In this document: positions 13,201 through 24,569 of the stretch, piece by piece
Numbering within the stretch: the stretch's first letter is position 1
Layout: each line of letters starts with the position of its first letter
Translations under genes and position numbers: made by a program
The notes under the pieces: model-generated
The model's database searches: none
What the model was told of the DNA's origin: nothing
The model's input: only the letters and a program-made list of their open reading frames with translations
NCBI GenBank assembly: GCA_002269645.1
Contig: NIVC01001185.1
Span: forward strand, 248,001 to 312,000
Source: Macrostomum lignano
Lineage: Eukaryota
DNA: 64,000 bases
Direction of reading: 5' to 3'

Positions 13201-14985
13201 CTCGCCTCTCCTCTCTCTCTCTCCTTTATCTTATCTCTTCTCTCTTCTATATCCTCTCTCTCATCTATGGTCGATCTCTCCTCTCTCCTAGCTTCTCGCT
13301 TCTCCATCCTCTACTCCTCTAAAAATGTTCGTCCTTACAGGCTCCAAGCTTATCTAAAAAAACTGAGTGTACAGCGTCCTTCAGCTTCATACTTTGTTCA
13401 TGCATCAAGTTTTTTAATATTTATACAGTACTCAGTCATTGGCTTGCTACGAAGAACTCAATATCAATATCCCATATTCTCACCTGCGCAGCTCTACTCT
13501 CAATTCCTTGGACTCTGGGAGCGCACATTGTGGAGAAACGAATGCCTGTGGCAATGTCTCAACTACCGGCTGGCAACTGGAGCGACTCGCCTGTCGTCAA
13601 CATCACCGGCTGCGTGTCAATCCGCAGCTGCTTCCCGTTCCCAGACGCTTGGGGCGCCGGCTACCAGGCTGGCATGCTGATCGGCAAGCTGCTGACCTAC
13701 TACCTGATCCCCGGGCTGCTCATCGCCCTGTTCTACGGCAAGATGGCCGGCTATTTAATCCGCAGCGCCGGCAACAGAACCGACGGAACGGCCGCAGCGA
13801 ACGCGGCTGCTACCACTAGCGCCACTGCGGCACTGGAAGGTCGCAGGAAACTGGCCAAACTGTCGCTGTGCCTGGCTCTGGTGTTCTTCGTAGCCTGGGG
13901 CCCCGACTACCTGGTGATGCTGCACTTCTTCTTCTGGGCAGATCGGGTTAGCGCGCAGTTTCTTCGGTTCAAAATGGTGGCCAAGGTGAGTAGTTGATTC
14001 GCGAGATGACAAAAGATTGAAGATGTTTCAGGAGACTAAGTTAACGAAATGAAGAGCGGCCGTGTCCATTACGAGTATCAAAGCTCTGTTTTGGTTTTTT
14101 GGTTCAATCAGTCTAATGGAGACTAAATGAGTTTTAGACAGGATTTTCGACGATTGCGCACTCTGCACTGCCACGGTCGAGTAGGGTATTCGGCAGTAAA
14201 ACTGCCGCTCTGACACGTACATGTACTGTACAACATTCATACGTCAGTCGACCTTACCGCGATGTACCTGACGTCAATTATAGACGCCTATAAAGGGCGT
14301 AAATGTGATCGTTATAAAAGTCAACACAAAATGCAAAATAAAAATAATCGTCAGCTACCATCGACTTTGAGGACGTCTGAAGCACAATTCACGTTTCAGA
14401 CTACATGTATATGCAATGTAGCATCAGCATTCGCTTTACGTTGCCACTCGCTCTGCACTGCACTGCTTTGAGATAATGCAAACCAGCGGCTGGTTCTACT
14501 AACTACAACTAATTATAAGCTTAAATTGTTGCATCACTAAGAGTGAATGCGTTGACCGACGTTCATATACAGCGTACGCTCGTAGGTCTAATTAGTGGTT
14601 ATAACTTCGGCTCGTGCAGGCACTGTGACGAATATTGTAGAGTTAGTTCAAATACATGTAAACCTGAACTATACTAACAGTAGCTAATGAAATAAAAAAT
14701 GAAAACTAATTGCAGTTGCTGCCCTCGGCCTATTCCGCCAGCAATCCAGTCACATTGTGCATTATCAGCCGACGCTTTCGGCGCCACCTAATCAGCGCTC
14801 TGACGTGCGCGCGCTTCGGCGACGCCTCGGAATCGGAGACGGCCGACGGGCTTCGCCAGCAGCTGCTGCGGCATCGGCTGCAGGAGCAGCAACAGCGACT
14901 GCTGCTGATGCAGCGGGCCAGAGAGCGTCAGAGGTCGCTAGGCGCGGCAATCGCCGCAGCTGCGGAAGACCAGACATTGGTCTAA
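10251..14985 (+). CDS. Class A neuropeptide GPCR, bombesin/CCHamide-receptor-like, 4 exons, ~412 aa
   Basis: Exons 10251-10630, 12415-12509, 13492-13985, 14716-14985; GT-AG, phases 2/1/0 agree, 1239 nt. TM1 GLIGN, TM2 NLAIAD, TM3 LGVSVFTLLAMAIDR, TM4 W, ECL2 CFPFP, TM5 YYLIP, TM6 FFVAWGP, TM7 SNP. Family assignment rests on resemblance to bombesin/CCHa receptor motifs. Confidence 0.9.
11656..11810. mobile_element. 155-bp MITE-like element with 11-bp terminal inverted repeat
   Basis: TACCATAGACA at 11656-11666 and TGTCTATGGTA at 11800-11810; outer TA on both sides. Confidence 0.5.
12780..13320. repeat. 39-bp CT-rich minisatellite in GPCR intron 2
   Basis: Unit CTCTCTCCTCTCTCTAACTCCTCGCTTCTCCATACTCTA, about 8 clean copies plus degenerate flanks. 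Confidence 0.92.
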
Positions 14986-15924
14986 ATCGTCGATGGAGAA
15001 AATTCTACATAACTTTGAGAAAGCGGCTAGAAGAACACGCGTAACTTTGTCACTTTTAAAAGCGCCGTTCAGTTGGATCGCCAGTCGTGTCCTGTAAAAT
15101 ACTGTAAATTAAAAGTGCATGTAAACTGCAGGATCGAAAATTGTGTAAACTTTGTGTGTACACCTGTACAGCAAATCCGACGTTGACCCAAAGTCTGTCG
15201 ACGTCGCTGTATACTTCGTAATGGGTACTTTTGACGTATACAGTACGAGACCCCCGTTATCAGTCGGTGTAATGTGACAATACGGTCATCATTGCCATAT
15301 TGCCATCGTAGTCCCATCGCGACGTCATTGTCACATACACGTACATTTCAAGGACACTGCAGTATAACGGGACGCATTCGTATACTCAAGAATCGTGTAA
15401 TTTTTCTGGAGGCCGATTTCCTGGAAGAAATTTCCTTTTAAGGTAAATTAAGGAATGGTAATCTTTACTGTCCCGATCAAAACGAAAAACTGCAGAATTT
15501 TCCTGGAAATTAGCGTCCAAAAATTACACAAACTTCGAGTTTCACGCCCTGTTATTCTACAGTGGTACTTGGTACATGTAAGATACATCAGGTACATGTA
15601 CATTCATTGTACATTAAGTACAGTTGCGCTGTTAAAACAAACTTCGTGTAAACTTTAAAGTTTATTGAATATTGAAATATACTCAAATATACTTAAAAGT
15701 ATGATTTGTCGGAATTTGCAGCGAATCCAGTGCGGAGGAGGACAAAGAATCAAAGTAACAATAGAACCGCAAGCGGATGTGACATGGAAGCTTAAGGACA
15801 GAAGCACATAAAAAAAACAGTAGGAAAAAAACAGCATAATGCACTTCAATATACTCAAGCAATGTCCACTACCGTCAAATGCTGCCTGAGGCGGTAGCTA
15901 CATAATCATCACAAAAAATCACAT

Positions 15925-17355
15925 TTAAATTTTCCCAGCGCCCCAGCTCTGCGCGTGAAATTGCAACACAAAAGCGGCGCTTCGGTGGCGCGCTCGACAG
16001 GCCAACAATTCGGAGTCAGTCATCCGGTTAAGATCGCGACAGGGACCGGCCTCGCCACCTAGACCGGCGTCCCAAGAGAACGGATTAAATTGGTCCGCTG
16101 GGAATAGGCACACCTGGCCGTGTTCAGCATCCATATCTCTGGCTTTTCCATAGCGCTCTAGCGCGTACATGAGCAGCTGCGGCCCGGTGGTCAGGTCGAC
16201 CGTCTCCTGGACGGTGACACCAACCAGACGGGCCCGCTCAGCCATCGCCTCCAGCACCGTTAGCCAGAACGGGTGACCCCGACGACGGGCGAACATCAGC
16301 GAGTTCTCTACGTAGGGCCGTCGGCCTGGACGGCCGCTCCGTCGCATACTGCTGAGTAGGACGCTGCAGTTGCTGAGCGACTGATAATCGGCGATGCTCT
16401 TGTTGATTTGGCTAGCAGCCTGGCGTGTGTGCGAGTAGTTGAATGGCTAGAAATGAAACCGGATTTAGTGCGATCCATTTCAACCAGTGGCGTACCGAGG
16501 AATTTTTATTAGAGAAGGGCAGGCCTTGTCTCTTTGGAGGGTGCCCCTGTCTCTTGGAGGGCGTCACTGTCTCTTGGTGGGTGCCCCTGTCTCTTGGTGG
16601 GTGCCTTGTCTCTTGGTGGGCGCCCCCGTCTCTTGGTGTGCGCCTTTATCTCTTAGAGGGCGCCCCTGTCTCTTGTTGGGCGCCTCTCTTGGTGGGCGCC
16701 CTGTCTCTTGGTAGGCGTCCCTGCCTTTTGGTAGGCGTCCCTGCCTTTTGGTATGCGTCCCTGCCTCTTGTTGGTTGGCGCCCGTCTCTTGGTGGACAAC
16801 CAAGAAAAATTATATGGTGACAAATTACTTCTGTGTACAAGACGTACATAGCGCCGGGCGAATTGTAAATCGTGTTAATGTTCTTTCAGATCCACACACC
16901 TGGCTAAACAGGACATGCTCGAATGGCTGCAGGCACTCATTGTCCAGGTCAGTGTACAGACCGCCGTAGTGGTACAGGTAAAGGTAGCGCACAGAGTCAG
17001 CTCTTTGAATGCTCTGAGTGTAACGCAGATAGTGATCAAGGAAGTCTGGCGCCTTGTCGCGTACAAGCAGCAGGTTGTCTTCATCTGACCAGAGCCAATG
17101 GTTCCAGGCTGGGAAGCAGGACAACCAGCTGGCGCGCCAGGCCGTAAATCTGGTAGGGATTTGGTCGGCATTGCGCCACGACTGGTGAACAATGCGGGCG
17201 ACTGGCCCAGCAGTTGGGGGAATGAAATCAGCTGGTTGCTGTGGCTGGAGCAGCGGCTTTCTTTGATGTTGGGACTGCACCAACAGCAGGAATATCAGGG
17301 TGAAAGCAACCATACCTGCCACTAGTAGACTGAAGAGCTGGTGGCGACATGGCAT
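15925..17355 (-). CDS. DxD-motif glycosyltransferase (GT32 / Och1-Sur1-like sugar-binding domain), type II membrane protein, 2 exons, ~325 aa
   Basis: Exons 17355-16900 and 16446-15925, phase 0, 978 nt. N-terminal TM, ARIVHQSW, WNHWLWSDED, RADSVRYLYLYHYGGLYTDLD (DxD), NSLMFA..GHPFW, TTGPQLL. The donor GTGTGT is weak. Confidence 0.88.
16515..16800. repeat. ~20-bp minisatellite (GGGCGCCCCTGTCTCTTGGT) in the glycosyltransferase intron
   Basis: Degenerate tandem copies; same family as 43600-44290. Preceded by CAGTGGCGTACC at 16485, a possible hAT-type left end. Confidence 0.9.
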
Positions 17356-20300
17356 TATTAGCAAAGTTGAAATTTGTGGTCTCTAAATTAGACTTTATGC
17401 ATTATGTATAGATCTATTCATGCTCTTTAGTACCTTAACTTAAATGCCAGGTCTTATTTATTATGGAAGTACCTGCAAAATGTATGCAATGTATAAATTA
17501 ACTTTTGAAAGGAATTTGAATGCTTTACAATTTTGTATCATAATGTCATTATGACAAGTAGATGGCAAGCATATAAATATAGTAGTAATATTAATATTTA
17601 CTAAATATCATTCTAGTTTTTTAGAAATGACTTAAGAGAAATATAAATATACCTTTTAAAAGTTTATTTAAAAGTACTTTTCATATGTCTTAGACCTAAG
17701 GGTTCTCTGGTCGCTAAACTTCCAATATACTAAAAATGAGTTGTCTGTACGTATCATATGTATGTGGGTATATCCACTAATAAGCTATACTAGATTTGTT
17801 TGCATTGTTTCTAAATAGTTATTTAGAACAATAGATTATTACATTTGTTGATCTTAATGTCTATAACCTATAGGCCTATGATATCCATTGCTATCTTATA
17901 CATGATCTATCTAGCATAAGATCATGACACTAGAGATTCTTCTGTAGTTGAAATTCATAATTTCAACCCTTTTGATTTTGAGTTTTGTAAATTCCTAATT
18001 CCTTTTTAAAAAAGGCCCATTGGCCTAGCTTTCTTAACTATTAGGCCATACTATTTGTAATTCTAATAGAAGCAGTTAAAATAACTATGTCATGATATGA
18101 AGTTAAATGAAGTTAAAAGTTAAAGTGCTTGAATATTTTTATTATGTAGAGATAACAAAGGTAAGCCTAGGACCTAGTTTTAACTATGTACAAATTAGTT
18201 AGTTGGTCTAACTTCTTAGTTGGGACTCAGAAAGCCATTATTAATTTAGTTTAGACATAGAAAGCCATTGATTTATTATCTAGCTCTTGTTCTATCTATA
18301 TTGTTAAATAATAAGCCTACAAACTAAAGCTCAAGGTAACAATATATAGAGCTTATAACTATTTATAGAATAAGCGCTACTTATATTAATAGAATAAAAT
18401 GCATAGAATTAATAGGCAAAAATTGGATTATTTATTTTGAAGGCCTATTTTAATTTCAATATTCAAAATTTTGAAAAAAAATCAATTTTTTGCATAGTTA
18501 GTTAAACTAAATTTAATTGTAATTATAAGATAAACAATAACTTGAGATAAGATTTACAAGAACTGGTGAGGGCATAATATTAGATTTAGAGTGAACATAT
18601 TATATTACCTATTTGCTACTTTCAAGAATTTATAGAACTGGACTACTGGAAAAAGGAAAAAACACAAATACCCAATACAATACTGACTATTAGTATTAGA
18701 AGAGGCTGAGGCAGAGGCTAACAGCGACCAGTCAGATCATAATGTTAGCACTTAAAATGAAAAAAAATCGGAGTGACTTAATCAGTTAAATTCGTGCCGA
18801 AATCGATGAGAAGAACGCACAAGTGAGAGACATTGTCTATTACTCATTCAATAGCTAGCTTGAAAAAGGATTGGTTAATTATTCTGTCTTTTTAGCAGCT
18901 TTAAGTGACAATTTTTAGGCTAAAAATTAATAATTAATAGAACTGTGATGTAAACAAACTCCCACGCAAATTTATTTCCCACCGATTTAAACCAAGGACT
19001 ACAAGCATTCACAGCTTGGCACAAATTAAATCTTGCCTTGTGGAAGTGTAGCTCGTCTAACAAATAGTAAGAAAATAAACGTCAACAAAAACATAAAAAG
19101 TAAACTTTGTTTAATTCTAGCCAACGTCAAACACAAGACGTCATCAGGGCAAATTCAATCAACCTAAGATCACACCACCAATATATTTAAGCAAAAATCA
19201 CTGTACAGTCCAGAGACGGGTCAAAACAGTCCGGTAGAATTTAGAAAGTGCCAAGTACACAACAAAGTGAGAGAGAGAAAAAATAATAAATAGGCACGGC
19301 TCTGCTCACAGTACTCTTAGCTCACGCTCTACCCCATTGTCAGCAAGCTGCACATTCAGGTTGGGTTTGTGCATTCTGATATACGAAGCTTCAATAATCT
19401 TAAGCTTATGGTCGAATTTGCACCCATCAAGCATCCAATACTACCGCCAAATTGATGGTGTCGCTATGGGGTGTCCTCTTGCCCCTACGCTCGCTGATCT
19501 GTGCATGAGCCATTGGGAGACTGAATGGATGAAACTCCCCAATGCCCCACGGTTTTATAAGCGTTATGTTGACGATACTTTTGCTGTTTTTGACAATAAA
19601 AAAGACCACGACGAGTTTCTTACTATTATCAACTCCACCCATCCAAACATTAAGTTCACCGTTGAGGGCGGAGGGAAGAATCTCCCGTTTCTTGATACCG
19701 AGGTTGACTGTTCTGGACACCGTCCTCTTGTGAAATTTTACCGTAAACCGACGTTTACTAGGCTGATGTTAAGTTTCCATGCTTTATGTCCGACTCACTG
19801 GAAATCCGGGTTAGTTAGGTGCCTTCTTCACAGAGCCTACGAGGTGAGCAGTTCTTGGAGTTTATCTCACCAAGAGGTTCGTGCCCTGACTAAAATCCTT
19901 AGATCTAACGGTTACCCTCTCGGTTTTGTCAGCCGTATTATCAATTCGTTTGTCACTAAGAAAGTTTCTTGCGATGCGAGACCCAGGCAACCGGAGATAG
20001 ATTCTTGGGACGCTCTGTTGGTTCTCCCATTTTTTGGCAACGCTTCGCTTGACTTCAGGAAAAAACTTGAGAAAACGTTTAGCAAATGGCTTAAGTGCAC
20101 CGTTAGGATTGTGTTTCGCACCGAAAAGATCGGTCGCTATGCTAGCAGGCTCAAGTCAGCTGTTCCACTTGCTCTAAGGGCTGGTGTTGTTTACCAATTT
20201 CGCTGCTCTGAGGATCAGAGCGTTTCCTACATTGGAAAAACGAAGCGACACCTGCACACTAGAGCTAGGGAACATTGGCTAAAAAGCTCTGCGATTAATG

Positions 20301-20613
20301 ACCATCTGCTTGTTCGTAAAAAATGTTGTGACAGTGAACCGATTCAGCTTTTTAAAGTGCTGGATGGGTGCAAATTCGACCATAAGCTTAAGATTATTGA
20401 AGCTTCGTATATCAGAATGCACAAACCCAACCTGAATGTGCAGCTTGCTGGCAATGGGGTAGAGCGTGAGCTAAGAGTACTGTGAGCAGAGCCGTGCCTA
20501 TTTATTATTTTTTCTCTCTCTCACTTTGTTGTGTACTTGGCACTTTCTAAATTCTACCGGACTGTTTTGACCCGTCTCTGGACTGTACAGTGATTTTTGC
20601 TTAAATATATTGG

Positions 20614-21479
20614 CAGTGTTGGGCACCGTTAATGAAAATCTTAACTTCCGTTAATAGCAAAAGCGTTAGCGTTAAAACAAAAAAATCTTAACTTTTTAAC
20701 TCCTAATTTCGTTAAGTTAACTGAAAGTTAACTGATAATCGTTAATAAGCGTTAATCCGTTAAAGTTAACACAGAAAATACGGAAATCTTGCACGTTTTT
20801 TCCAAAACATAATTCGTAATGCACGTCTTTGCTATTCCATCTTTTTAGCAAAACACAGAGGTCATCTAAGCGATTTGAAGGCTAAAAAAGTAATAAATAA
20901 TCATTTAAAAACTTGCATGCATAATACAACTAAAAGTAAAGCATATGGTAAAAAAGTAACTTATTTTATTTGAAACTTAAAAGCTAATAACGAGAAATTC
21001 ATAATTAAATACGCATAGGAAGGTTGTTTCAGTACCATTAGCAGGCGCAGCAGAAAGTTGCGAAAGATTGGGACAGAAGTGAATCAAAGCGATCGATGCT
21101 CACGCGCAAGAATTATAAAGTTTCACACTATTTTAATTCATTATTTTAAAGTTTATTTGTAAGAAGTTGTTAATTATACATGTACGTCTGTGTGATCATC
21201 GTCATAAATAAAGAGATTATATTTAGGCATATAGGTAAGCTCAAATACGTTCGTAATGTTTAAACTTCTTGTAAGACTTCTATTTTTCGTTCCTTCTTTG
21301 CGTCTTTGGTCATTGACATAGACACTACCGTTAACGATGAATTTATCGTTAATTCACAAAATTTTTAACGCAAATTCGTTAATCCGTTAGTTCAAAAAAA
21401 TCTTAATGACAGTCCGTTAACGTTAATGAAAAATCTTAACGCTTATTAACGCTTATTAACGGACTGGTGCCCAACACTG
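20614..21479. mobile_element. Non-autonomous hAT DNA transposon (866 bp) nested in the Penelope 3' pseudo-LTR
   Basis: 14-bp TIR CAGTGTTGGGCACC / GGTGCCCAACACTG; perfect 8-bp TSD TATATTGG (20606-20613 and 21480-21487); many subterminal GTTAA/TTAAC motifs; the inverted pLTR copy shows the empty site. Confidence 0.96.
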
Positions 21480-21506
21480 TATATTGGTGGTGTGATCTTA
21501 GGTTGA

Positions 21507-21561
21507 TTGAATTTGCCCTGATGACGTCTTGTGTTTGACGAAACGCGTTGGCTAGAATTAA
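21507..21561 (+). ncRNA. Minimal type I hammerhead ribozyme in the Penelope pseudo-LTR
   Basis: GCC-CTGATGA-C-GTC(TTGTGTTT)GAC-GAAAC-GC-GTT-GGC: core CUGAUGA at 21518-21524, GAAA at 21540-21543, 3-bp stem II, palindromic ACGCGT stem III, stem I GCC/GGC extended by AATT pairing, predicted cleavage triplet GUU. Confidence 0.8.
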
Positions 21562-22905
21562 ACAAAGTTTACTTTTTATGTTCTTGTTGACGTTTATCCT
21601 ATATACTAAAATTCCTACTAAATCTAGCCTCGCCTCATTAGTTTTATAGACCAATTTAATGGTCGATTTTATCATTCTTTAACATTTAACACATTTTTTA
21701 CACAGTCATTATGCTTAAGAATGATTAAGGAAGATTCATAAAACCAATGAGTCCAGCCTGCATTCTCTTGATTTTCAGGCACACTACATTTGTACGATTG
21801 TACACATAAAATTAGCATAGAATACTAATTTTCTCAACAAAAAGTTTTATGAATTGAGATATGGAAAAGGCAGTTAATATAAAATATGAACATTGGGTCT
21901 GCCTCCTATCAGAAGCAATAAAAACTTATGTGTTGAAAGAATGAAAACCTCCTATATATCTCCGTAAAGTTTTTTTTCAGTAAAACCTAGGCCTCCCAAT
22001 TTTTTCCAAGAAACATAGTACGTTTCTCGTCCTTCTACTTGAAGTAGTTATTGATTTAAACCCGTACTCAATATTCCTAAGTATTGATAAGTATACTAAA
22101 TGAGTATACTAGCACTTCGGCTATAAACTATTCGCCTGTGAACCTCCGAAAACGTTTAATTCAAAGCTGAACTTCGAGGTTCATTCTGAGTCTTAAAGCT
22201 CACCTGAAATCCCTACGCATTTTATCCCCTGTAGTATGGATCGACCTGAATTCATGGGATGTCTCGGCGTTTATAGTTGACTGGTACGACAAGTTATCCC
22301 ATAACAGCAGTTGGTTTGGTCAGCAGGCCTGCAGATTTCGACTCAATTTCATTTCTTTTGCTCACACAAAATTTTTAGCCTGACTAATGCAACCCAGTTA
22401 TAAAAAGAAGATTTTTTAGATACACACATCATGTATGGCTCCTGCACTTAGCTACGCTAAGTGTCTAACATGGAATGCGATATTGCTCTCAGACAGACTC
22501 TCAGAGCACTCTAAAACAATATCTACATCTACATGTACATATTGCTTAACGTCGACAGGTAGTGGCTTAAAAATTAAGGTTTTCTTATTTTTAGTAAGAA
22601 GTCAGCAAGAAATAAATGGAGAAATATTTCGGACAGCAATTCGGACCTTGTTCCGCGGTTGCCAATATATTTTTTTACATTGCCTGCACGTGAATGAGAT
22701 CTTTGATTAGAAATTTATCTGCTTTGAAGTAGGAAACAGCAATAAAAATATTACACATGTACATGTCCGGTACATGTCCAAGAACTTACATTCAATCTTA
22801 CCAGTTATAACTCAAAAATGTTTTTTCTCCATCATAAGGCAGACGATATACATATTGCAGGAATGAAAATCAATATACTTTGTCCCAATTGCAAAGAGAA
22901 CTCAC

Positions 22906-24148
22906 CGATACAGGAGTAGTTGACGAACAACAACTTGAAGTTCATGACGCACGGATCACCAAAGACGTCATTCGTTGCCAACACTTCGCACGACTCCTTC
23001 TGCTGGCAGGCTGCCCGAACCAGCTGAAGCGACCATGCGCTCCAACAATCAGTGGTCGTGTCAGTTTCGAGGGTGCAGTGGGGTGCCGAGAATTCTTCCG
23101 ACTTTCCATACAAGGCGAAGTGAACATCAATGGTTGCTAGGAGACCCTGCGGCTGTCTACAGTTCAGTACAGCGACTTCTGACTCGCACACGAGCACGGA
23201 GTGAATGGATGGAGCTGAGAGAAATGATGCATTTTAATGGATAGATTAATTTATTCAATAGTATGTCAATGCTAACCTTTGTTGCTTACCGATCTCCTCT
23301 CTCTTCTCCTCTCCTCTCTCCTCTCCTCTCTCCTCTCCTCTCTCCTCTCCTCTCTCCTCTCCTCTCTCCTCTCCTCTCTCCTCTCCTCTCTCCTCTCCTC
23401 TCTCCTCTCTCTTCTCCTCTTCTCTCTCCTCTCCTCTCTCCTCTCCTCTCCTCTCTCCTCTCCTCTCTCTTCTCCTCTCTTCTCTCTCCTCTCCTCTCTC
23501 CTCTCCTCTCTCCTCTCCTCTCTCTTCTCCTCTCTCCTCTCTCCTCTCTCCTCTCTCCTCTCTCTCCACTCTCCTCTCTCCTCTCTCCTCTCTCTCCTCT
23601 ACTTTCCTCTCTCTCCTCTCTCTCCTCTCTCTTTCCTCTCTCCTCTCCTCTCTCCTCTCCTCTCTCCTCTCCTCTCTCCTCTCCTCTCTCCTCTCCTCTC
23701 TCCTCTCCTCTCTCCTCTCCTATCTCCTCTCCTCTCCTCTCTCCTCTGCTCTCTCCTCTCCTCTCTCCTCTCCTATCTCCTCTCCTCTCCTCTCTCCTCT
23801 CCTATCTCCTCTCCTCTCCTCTCTCCTCTTCTCTCCTCTTTCCTCTCCTCACTCCTCTCCTCCTCTCCTCCTCTCCTCCTCCACTTCTCCCCCTTCTTAT
23901 CTCTGCTCTCTTCCATGTTTTCCCTGTCTCCCCCTCTCTCTTTCTCTCATCTTCCTCTTCTCTTTACTCGGCCCTCATGTCTCTCATCTCTCATCTCGCA
24001 TCTCTTTATTAAATCTCTCCTATCCCTACAGTCATGAAACACCACTTCAGTAGCAACTGCTGAACATACCGCTGCAGAACACCACAAAGTGGCTAACAAA
24101 GATAGAACTCGTTAAAAGCACAATCGCAGAATTTGAAGAAAATCTCAT
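22906..24148 (-). CDS. SUEL/rhamnose-galactose-binding lectin domain protein (signal peptide exon plus lectin exon; 3' exon unresolved)
   Basis: Exon 24148-24070 MRFSSNSAIVLLTSSIFVSHFVVFCS with phase-1 donor GTATGT. Exon 23214-22906 (phase 1-1) CESEVAVLNC...ALYGKS...C...C...ACQQKESC...VFGDPC...LFVNYSC has the 8-Cys SUEL pattern and a GTGAGT donor. Confidence 0.85.
23285..24030. repeat. CT-rich microsatellite/low-complexity tract in the lectin intron
   Basis: (CTCCTCTCT)-type runs. Confidence 0.95.
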
Positions 24149-24569
24149 TGTGAAATATTAAATCAGCGGGCTTCAATCTTGAATTACGTATGAAAAAATC
24201 TGGGGATTTGAACATTTGGGGAAATTTTCCCAGTTGCTAAATACATATGTATGAGACATACGCGCCTATAAGAACAAATATATGCGCACGTTTTGAAGCA
24301 ATAGAATTTTAATGACAATGGCTGCTGAGAGTGAGAACGCTAAATTGCTTCGATTTTGAGCAGCAAAGCAGAAAAATTTTATGCGTTGAAAGAGTTGACA
24401 AAATTCTGCTATTAATAGTGCCAAAAGCCCATTGCGTTTGAAAACAATGAGCTGAAAGCATTTCGCTGTCATCCAGGAGTAACCAGAAAATTTTTCAAGT
24501 AAATCGCTTTCAGCACCTTTTGTTTGAGCAATGCACCATATCTCTCTACCCAACACTCCTCAGTCCGAT

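Larger units (their letters stand above)
19075..21597 (+). mobile_element. Penelope-like retroelement, 5'-truncated, with inverted pseudo-LTR at the 5' side
   Basis: Open frame from ~19432 to 20485 with RT motifs YYRQIDGVAMGCPLAP, YVDD, LPFLD and a GIY-YIG endonuclease (GVVYQFRC...YIGKT.R.L.TR..EH...IEA.YI...KPNLN). 19075-19428 is the near-identical reverse complement of 20363-20613 plus 21488-21597. Confidence 0.95.

Noticed and set aside
17400-19000. Very AT-rich stretch as foreign or organellar DNA
   Set aside because: No ORF, tRNA or rRNA signature; consistent with intergenic DNA.
19337-19431. N-terminal 30 aa of the 382-aa Penelope ORF as real protein
   Set aside because: Derived from the inverted pseudo-LTR; RT homology begins at about 19432.
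22570-22683. Terminal exon of the minus-strand SUEL gene
   Set aside because: Acceptor and phase fit, but the ~36-aa AT-rich tail has no homology support; too weak to annotate.
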